Shown here: positions 7,296 through 12,896 of the stretch, in pieces
How the letters are laid out: every line of letters starts with the position of its first letter
How positions within the stretch are numbered: position 1 is the stretch's first letter
NCBI GenBank assembly: GCA_963739305.1
Contig: CAVTZU010000019.1
Location: 1 to 12,896, forward strand
Length of the DNA: 12,896 nucleotides
Reading direction: 5' to 3'
Origin: Candidatus Bathyarchaeota archaeon
Lineage (GTDB): Archaea > Thermoproteota > Bathyarchaeia > Bathyarchaeales > Bathycorpusculaceae
Notes under the pieces: model-generated
Seen by the model: only the letters and a program-made list of their open reading frames with translations
Databases searched by the model: none
Told to the model about the DNA's origin: nothing
Program-made: the position numbers and the translations under genes

Positions 7296-8750
7296 TCACA
7301 TAAAGAATCTGTAGCTGGAAGGTGGAATTCCTCCACTTGAAACCATTTCCGCCATCACTGCTCCAACCTTTCTTGACACTCCAATCGTAACCGGCATTCT
7401 TGTGTAGAATGTTGAGGAATTCCAGTCAAGTTTCGTCAGACCCATGATATCTCTACAAATACTTTCAACCGACGTATCTAGTCGTTGACAAATCAAATGT
7501 AGCGGACGAGGGACCCCTGGTCCTGGGTACGTTGCAAGCGCGGGTACATATCCAGAAGTGAATAGCATTGCTTCATTTGTATCCACTACCGCTGTTCCAC
7601 GAACAACAGGGTAATCATACTTCGAGTGATATGCCCTGAAACTTGGCCATTCCATCAGGTGCACGATGTCTAGAACGTCAATGGTTTCGCAGGCGTTTTT
7701 ACATCCTTGTGTTTCTTCGTCAGAGAATCTAGTTGATTTGTGAACTACTACTCTCCGTGGCATCCTGTTTCTCTGCCTAACGAACAGCTCAATCGAATCT
7801 CCTACTATTTTCTGCATCTGTTGGGAATTCAGACGGACGTTCCGTTTCTCCTTTTCTTCATTCCAATCAAAAGCCTCACCCCTGATGACTTGGCTTTCCC
7901 CTGTCCTCATGTAAACTTGAGCGATACTTGCTCTCATCGTTCTGCCCGACTGTCCAATTTCATTATAGAAAGAAATGCCGATATAGCAAGTTTCATCGTC
8001 TATTTCCGCTAATTTCCATGGAGTGCCTGTGGCCTTGTAATATATTGCGACCGAGAAGTTCCAACCGATGAGTGCAGGACTCTGCTTCTGTGTTGAAAAT
8101 GCCAGCGTCTTGGGTGTTATCATCTGCGTAGTGAAGCCTCTCAAAGCTGCTTGAGCCTTGAGATGGTTGTGGAAGTCGAAGAGTTCTGCATTTTCGCTGT
8201 CTGGATCGCCAAATTCTCTGTGTTGGTACACAATTTTGTCGGTTTTTTGAAATGGATCTTTGCACAGACTGAGAAGGTCATCGTCTATTGGCAGCAAAAT
8301 CGTTTGTGGCCTTGGATGGGCCTCAGTTAGGTCATCGAATTTGTCGCAGTATTTTTTCACGACCAGAACAATTCTTTCTTTTCGCTTCTTTGTTTCTAAG
8401 CTTCGTATGAATGATCTCTCAATCCGCGGACTGCAATCGCTATCCACCAATATCTCAAATCTCAGAGGGCCTTTCATTGACAAGCCTGGGAAATCGATTC
8501 CTTTGTATTCTGTGCCAGGGCGTTCTTCAGCAGCTATTCTGTATTTCAGTCTGTCAAGCCATACCTTCGTTTTGTCCATGCTCCGGTCAGTTCCAATGAT
8601 TCCAGCTCGGATCGTTATTCTTGGTTGTTCGCTACTGCTCATTCCACCATGTGGACCATAGTTCAACAGGCCCACTTGGGGGTCTGGGCACTTGCCGTTT
8701 CCACCGAAGAATAATTCAGGTTCGTCAATCCGCAGAACTCTGAATTTCAT
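7296..8750 (-). CDS. Short prokaryotic Argonaute (MID-PIWI, catalytically inactive)
   Basis: 484 aa from ATG 8750 (ATGA overlap with the upstream stop). IDEPELFFG..DPQVGLLNYGP start, MID pocket FHNHLKA / TQM / YYKA.G.PW, PIWI CYIGISFY, VVVHKSTRF, VVRGT, YPG..VPRPL, IMGLTKLDWNS, PVTI, C-terminal YRFFM. No N/PAZ domains; catalytic Asp positions are substituted (GIS, HKST). Confidence 0.95.
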   Translation of the reverse strand: MKFRVLRIDEPELFFGGNGKCPDPQVGLLNYGPHGGMSSSEQPRITIRAGIIGTDRSMDKTKVWLDRLKYRIAAEERPGTEYKGIDFPGLSMKGPLRFEILVDSDCSPRIERSFIRSLETKKRKERIVLVVKKYCDKFDDLTEAHPRPQTILLPIDDDLLSLCKDPFQKTDKIVYQHREFGDPDSENAELFDFHNHLKAQAALRGFTTQMITPKTLAFSTQKQSPALIGWNFSVAIYYKATGTPWKLAEIDDETCYIGISFYNEIGQSGRTMRASIAQVYMRTGESQVIRGEAFDWNEEKEKRNVRLNSQQMQKIVGDSIELFVRQRNRMPRRVVVHKSTRFSDEETQGCKNACETIDVLDIVHLMEWPSFRAYHSKYDYPVVRGTAVVDTNEAMLFTSGYVPALATYPGPGVPRPLHLICQRLDTSVESICRDIMGLTKLDWNSSTFYTRMPVTIGVSRKVGAVMAEMVSSGGIPPSSYRFFM

Positions 8751-10189
8751 CCAGTGCCCCCAAAATCCCAAAGTCTGGTTTGATCTCTCTCAATCACTTT
8801 CGGACTCCAGTCCACTATTTCTTTGATGAAATCGCCAAATTGGAAACTATCAAACCATTTTTCTGGTTCTATGGTATATTTTTTCGATTCAAACAAGACG
8901 TATTTCCACAGTCTCATTAGCCCGAGTCTGGTCTTGCATCTATCGAATTTAGGATTTCGGAACTTTGCATCGAGTTTTTTGCGCGTTTCACCGTCTATTG
9001 GCGTCTCGCCGTCAAAAGTGTAATACTTTCTCGGTGTGATTTCAATGTAAGAGTTCATCCAGTAAGTAGGAGTCTCAAGCTCTATTGCTCTATGAAAGAA
9101 GAAATTCGTCTCTCCCTTCCTGCCGAATCGTGAATCCTCTTTGTGGACTAACCTCCTCACGACCCACCTTTGCTTTCTCTTTGGTCCCATCACAATTCTC
9201 TTAGTCTTCGACTTATCTAGCATAGGGAAGTAAAAGATGTCTGCTTTAACGTCACGGTATACGCCTCTGTTCCATATGATTCTCCTCAAATGTACATTCA
9301 CTAATTCGGAACACAAAGGAGGGTTTTCCAACTGAAGATCCTTAGTCTTCGAGGTAGTTTCAGCCCCGGTTACGTACTCAGTCAACGGATTCTCATGGTC
9401 AAACTTGACGAATGACATCATAATGTTATTCTTTGTTCTCCAAATGAATGGTGGAATCAACTTTCCTTTGAGGCCCTCATAAATCTCCATTTTTGTCTTT
9501 GCATTAGATCGGCACATGTAGTAAAGTGTTGGAAGGCCTAATGGAAGTATGCTCATTACCAGAGTGCTCTTTTTCATCGTTGGTGCTCTTCTCTTCTCAA
9601 CGATACTCAGAAGTTTTTGTGCCATTTTGGAAATCGAGGCAGCAGACTTTGACTCTTTTTCGCCGATGGCAGTATCTAGGCGTTGACTATTCGCGACAGT
9701 GACAGTGCTTTCAGAAAAGAACCTTATGCTGTCGCCAGCCTCCTCGTTGGACAAGGGGATATCTTTTCCCTCAATGCATTGCGCGTTGTACCAATTACAC
9801 CATTTGTCGATTGCAATCCTTTGGTTGTTTTCGGAAAATATCGCCTCCCACTCATCGGGTTTTTTCACGGCTTGGGCAAACAAGTGGAAATTAAACCTGT
9901 CATCTGGCTTCTTGCCACGCCAGAGTCTGAAATATCCGACTAGTTCCTTGGCAAACTTGCAGGAATGTAATGACAAGTTCTCTGCCTTGACTTCAACCAA
10001 GAACCTCTTGCCAGGAGCCATGGTTGGATTGCAAAAAAGCATATCTTCAAAAGTTCCTTCGATGAACGAGTCGGTGATCTGGGAATAGCCAAACGATTCC
10101 AAGTAAGCGCGGACACTTGTCTTATATGCTTCAGACTTGGCTGTCAGGGATTCTCTCCTGCCATACAAAAAATGAATTGTCGTGCTCAC
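8747..10189 (-). CDS. Short-pAgo partner: N-terminal PD-(D/E)xK-type nuclease fused to an APAZ-like domain
   Basis: 480 aa, GTG start next to AGGTGA. VRAYLESFGY..ED49MLF..FLVE66VK68 resembles Mrr/restriction-endonuclease catalytic motifs. The C-terminal half (STLVMSILPL.LP, FFHRAIEL, IEITPRKYYTFDGETP, W..VL) resembles APAZ domains. Translationally coupled to the pAgo gene. Confidence 0.8.
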   Translation of the reverse strand: MSTTIHFLYGRRESLTAKSEAYKTSVRAYLESFGYSQITDSFIEGTFEDMLFCNPTMAPGKRFLVEVKAENLSLHSCKFAKELVGYFRLWRGKKPDDRFNFHLFAQAVKKPDEWEAIFSENNQRIAIDKWCNWYNAQCIEGKDIPLSNEEAGDSIRFFSESTVTVANSQRLDTAIGEKESKSAASISKMAQKLLSIVEKRRAPTMKKSTLVMSILPLGLPTLYYMCRSNAKTKMEIYEGLKGKLIPPFIWRTKNNIMMSFVKFDHENPLTEYVTGAETTSKTKDLQLENPPLCSELVNVHLRRIIWNRGVYRDVKADIFYFPMLDKSKTKRIVMGPKRKQRWVVRRLVHKEDSRFGRKGETNFFFHRAIELETPTYWMNSYIEITPRKYYTFDGETPIDGETRKKLDAKFRNPKFDRCKTRLGLMRLWKYVLFESKKYTIEPEKWFDSFQFGDFIKEIVDWSPKVIERDQTRLWDFGGTG

Positions 10190-10306
10190 TCACCTTTGAA
10201 TCTCTTATTGGTCATGCAAATAAGATTGGGCGAGCTCTGCATTGTTGGTTCGCCCGTCATACGGAATCTTTTCAAATGCATCCATAGAACACCGCAATGT
10301 TTTGAG

Positions 10307-10341
10307 ATATAAACTTGCGTACTCACAATAAGTGAGTGCGC
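10307..10341 (-). promoter_or_regulatory. Putative promoter of the nuclease-APAZ/pAgo operon with adjacent palindrome
   Basis: Minus-strand TTTATAT at 10313-10307; immediately upstream is the inverted repeat GCGTACTCAC-AATAA-GTGAGTGCGC (10317-10341, 9/10 arms). Confidence 0.55.
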
Positions 10342-10509
10342 GCTAGGCACGCTATTTCTCTCTGAATTCCCTGACACTTTTTTCGGCTATTTCTCCAAAA
10401 TGATCTACCATTTTGTCTAGATTTGTCAAAGTCTTTTGTATCAGATTCTTTTCTGTGAAGGAAAAAAGCAGTTCCTTTTCAAGGAACGTATTGGCACCTG
10501 TCAAGTTTT

Positions 10510-10527
10510 TATGAAAATCGCGCGCGC
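10510..10527. repeat. Right copy of the imperfect inverted repeat flanking the pAgo cassette
   Basis: TATGAAAATCGCGCGCGC; see 7208-7224. Confidence 0.5.
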
Positions 10528-10598
10528 ACCGGGGCGTAGCCCGCTTGGAAAGCTCGCGTGTAATTCACAAAAGAGTCTTGAAGCTTTCACTGATGAAA

Positions 10599-10632
10599 CA
10601 GTCATGTGACGGCTCAACCGTCATATATGACG
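10599..10632 (+). promoter_or_regulatory. Tandem GTCA...TGAC palindromes upstream of the Bat-like regulator
   Basis: CAGTCATGTGACGG (10599-10612) and the perfect 14-bp palindrome CGTCATATATGACG (10619-10632). The second has a TATA-like core about 21-27 nt before ATG 10650. Confidence 0.65.
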
Positions 10633-10649
10633 CTGCGTAAGCCTATATT

Positions 10650-11387
10650 ATGACGCTGTTTGAAGTCGTATTCAAAGTGACACACGACTGTCCTTTCTGC
10701 AATATCTCAAAGAAATTCCCAGGTCTGAAAATGTTCAACTGGTGTAACAGAGAACACGATGTCATTGAACTCATCGTGGACAAGCCTGAAGAATACTCCA
10801 CAGTGATAGACGAAATATCCAAGATAGATGGAATCGTAGAGAAATCTTCCGACCTTCACAACGCCCACTTCTTCGTCAGGCAGTGTTACTGCAAAAGCGA
10901 GAATTCTGTGACCAGAATCCTTGATGCATTCGATCTTCTGCAGATTTCACCAATAGTCTATCGTTATGGCTGGGAATACTATCGTGTTATTGCGTTCAAG
11001 CACAAAGACTTGAAGGGGCTTATGGGAAAATTCGAAGAAAGAGGCTTTAGTTTCGAGATTCTGCGCAAAGTCGATTTTGACGGATTCATAGCGGGTTCGT
11101 TGACACTGACCGCGGATGCGCTATTTTCTGATTTGACTGAGAAGCAAATGGACGCTTTGCTGACGGCGTACAGCAATGGCTACTACAATCTGCCGAGAAG
11201 AGCCAACGTCCAAGACATAGCCAACAAGAAAAGGGTTTCCAGAACGACCTATCAAGAACACCTTAAAAAAGCCGAGAACAAGCTTGTTGCCTCCTTGATT
11301 CCCTACGTTCAGCTGTTTAGGCGCGTGGCGCCGGAGAAGAGAAACGAGTTAAACACAACAGTGCGACCTGGTTCTCTGGAAAGATAA
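10650..11387 (+). CDS. Bacterio-opsin-activator-like (HTH_10) transcriptional regulator
   Basis: 245 aa; C-terminal LTEKQMDALLTAYSNGYYNLPRRANVQDIA...VSRTTYQEHLKKAENKL is the HTH_10 signature; N-terminal HDCPFC and CYC. Confidence 0.92.
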   Translation: MTLFEVVFKVTHDCPFCNISKKFPGLKMFNWCNREHDVIELIVDKPEEYSTVIDEISKIDGIVEKSSDLHNAHFFVRQCYCKSENSVTRILDAFDLLQISPIVYRYGWEYYRVIAFKHKDLKGLMGKFEERGFSFEILRKVDFDGFIAGSLTLTADALFSDLTEKQMDALLTAYSNGYYNLPRRANVQDIANKKRVSRTTYQEHLKKAENKLVASLIPYVQLFRRVAPEKRNELNTTVRPGSLER

Positions 11388-11414
11388 GTTGAAAATGCAA
11401 TGGCCAATCGAAGG

Positions 11415-12162
11415 CTACTGTTTCTCAGCTTTTCCTACTGGGCAAGCTTCGAGGCACGTGCTGCATTCTAGCAGGCTGTTTGGTGTTGGACGTTTGGTGA
11501 GTTTCTTCTCGAGCTTCCTTGTCTCCTCGGGGACGTGTGTTGAATGTGGGTTTTCAGACGAGTAAACCATGCATCTGTCGACCTTCAATTTGTAGGGTTC
11601 AATTGCTTTGGCTGGGCAAGCGACTATGCATTTCTCGCAGTTTTTGCAGAAGTTCTCTCTGAATGGTTCATCGATATCCAATTCTGCGGTGGTTAGCACC
11701 GAAACTAATCTTACTCTTGGTCCGTATTCTGGGGTTACCAGTAAAGTGTTTTTGCCTTGGCAGCCCAATCCACATTTGACTGCTGCCGTTTTCAGAGGGA
11801 TTGCGCCCGAAGGAATTGATTCATAACCTTTTTTCTGCAAGTAATTGGCAATCGTCCAAGCCTTGTTTCTAGCAATCTGAGAGTACAGTTGGTAACCCTG
11901 TAAAGGGACTTTTGGCGTGAGTTTTTTGTTGAAATGTAGTTCAGTGGAATCGACGACGATGTTGAATGCTGTGTCCCATGCGTGGATTGCCATTAATATG
12001 ACTGATCTGGCTTCTGGCAGCTCTTGCTCGGGCGTCTTAAGAACACCGACGCGATCGATCTTTCCGTAAGGCAAACCGCGCAGTCCATCAGGATTTGATA
12101 TACCTGCTGGCTACAAACCCAGTCTTCTTAGCTAGTTTCTTTAAGTCCTGGGTCAACGTCAA
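11415..12162 (-). CDS. QueG / reductive-dehalogenase-like 2x[4Fe-4S] protein, with an apparent 1-nt insertion near 12108-12111
   Basis: LPEARSVI, PLKTAAVKCGLGCQGKNTLLVTPEYGPRVRLVSVLT, CKNCEKCIVACP, DRC, CSTCLEACP. An upstream frame from TTG 12162 (MTLTQDLKKLAKKTGFVA) joins AGISNPDGLRGLPYG if one base is removed (248 aa). Confidence 0.85.
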
Positions 12163-12184
12163 GATTCAACGCTTCCAAAGAGAC

Positions 12185-12526
12185 TTACAGTGTCTTACGG
12201 ATTTCTTCAAGGTTTTTGGTTGCCTCTGGTTCATTTGGCAAAAATTCCTTCAACTTCACGCAGACATAGTCATCGCAATGCGCGCAAGTCTCCACTCTTC
12301 TTTCTGCAGCACAAGGTCGGATCTTGCAGATTTTGCGGCACCAACCAGAAATTGTATCAGACTTGCATCCGTGACAGTCAACGTCTTCTGGTTTGAACTT
12401 AATCTCACCTTGATCAGACCAGTGTTTAGCTATCCGCTTTTTCCATTCAATGTCGTTCGCTTGAGTCGCTTTGAAAGCTTTGCACTCGTTACAGTCAAGT
12501 CCACAATAAGCAATCATTTCAGACAT
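12185..12526 (-). CDS. DUF3795-family Cys-rich small protein
   Basis: 113 aa; IAYCGLDCNEC, CHGC, CRKICKIRPCA, TCAHCDDYVC pattern; GAAGGTGA RBS upstream. Confidence 0.85.
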   Translation of the reverse strand: MSEMIAYCGLDCNECKAFKATQANDIEWKKRIAKHWSDQGEIKFKPEDVDCHGCKSDTISGWCRKICKIRPCAAERRVETCAHCDDYVCVKLKEFLPNEPEATKNLEEIRKTL

Positions 12527-12593
12527 GTTCTTTCACCTTCCTTCTTTCCAACCTTATCGTATATTGACTGCAACTTGCGGGATAAGCATTCTA

Positions 12594-12607
12594 CCGTCAT
12601 ATGACTG
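12594..12607 (-). promoter_or_regulatory. Palindromic site upstream of the DUF3795 operon
   Basis: Minus strand CAGTCATATGACGG, 13/14 identical to 10599-10612. Confidence 0.65.
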
Positions 12608-12642
12608 CGTGCTAATCATTCGAGAAGCGATTCAGGAGTTTG

Positions 12643-12720
12643 TGGTGCTCCGGCCGGGATTCGGACCCGGGTCCGCGACTCGAGAGGCCGCTATACTTGA
12701 CCGGACTATACTACCGGAGC
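12643..12720 (-). tRNA. tRNA-Glu (CTC), intronless, CCA encoded
   Basis: GCTCCGG acceptor pairs with CCGGAGC-A-CCA; anticodon arm GCGGC-CT-CTC-GA-GTCGC; T arm CCGGG-TCCGAAT-CCCGG; AT-rich upstream element at about 12747-12760. Confidence 0.95.
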
Positions 12721-12896
12721 GCTGGACTAGATTACTTGCGGATGCGGTATATTTTTATTCCTTCTGTCAACCTTGTTGTGCGCGCTACTACCTTCTCTTC
12801 TCGCACCCGCATAGGATTTTCATGTTCGTTATTTCCAACACAAAACAATGAAAAACGTTCGAGCGCGCCTGGCCTGTCACTGCCCGTCGACATGTG

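Noticed and set aside
8751-8771. Upstream start of the pAgo ORF (MGFWGHW)
   Set aside because: Lies inside the partner gene; ATG 8750 gives a standard ATGA coupling.
10254-10261. CCGTCATA half-site upstream of the nuclease-APAZ gene, suggesting control by the Bat-like regulator
   Set aside because: Only half of the palindrome; TATGACG-type words also occur elsewhere in the window (near 2289, 7139 and 10649), so chance is likely.
10186-10377. 63-aa ORF as a third gene of the pAgo operon
   Set aside because: No recognisable motif, and it spans the candidate TATA box and palindrome. Its stop does overlap the partner's GTG start, so it is not fully excluded.
11415-12720. Functional link between the QueG-like gene and the neighbouring tRNA
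   Set aside because: Queuosine occurs in Asp, Asn, His and Tyr tRNAs, not tRNA-Glu.
12095-12851. Plus-strand ORFs 12095-12604, 12190-12396 and 12525-12851, and the other short antisense or nested ORFs in the track
   Set aside because: They shadow well-supported genes or the tRNA and show no protein motifs.
1-12896. CRISPR array, transposase or integrase
   Set aside because: No regularly spaced repeats and no ORF with DDE or tyrosine/serine recombinase motifs were seen.

Overview
Archaeal genomic window (archaeal-type tRNA-Glu, TrmB and Bat/HTH_10 regulators, TATA/BRE promoters; Bathyarchaeia-like by overall impression, not proven). Left to right: an ABC-2 exporter pair; a putative arsenic module (ModA-like protein, arsM, AhpD/CMD-like protein) divergent from a TrmB-family regulator, with paired palindromic operators; a P-type ATPase; a two-gene short prokaryotic Argonaute defence operon; a Bat-like HTH regulator that shares a 14-bp palindrome with a DUF3795 / QueG-like Fe-S operon; and tRNA-Glu(CTC). 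The Argonaute operon is the standout. It pairs a PD-(D/E)xK nuclease-APAZ effector with a catalytically dead MID-PIWI pAgo, the effector ends in a PCNA-interaction (PIP)-like motif, and the cassette is bracketed by imperfect 17/18-bp inverted repeats. Two clear and one possible single-base insertions (arsM, QueG-like, ModA-like) suggest either indel sequencing errors or recent decay. All family assignments are from motif recognition by eye; no searches were run.
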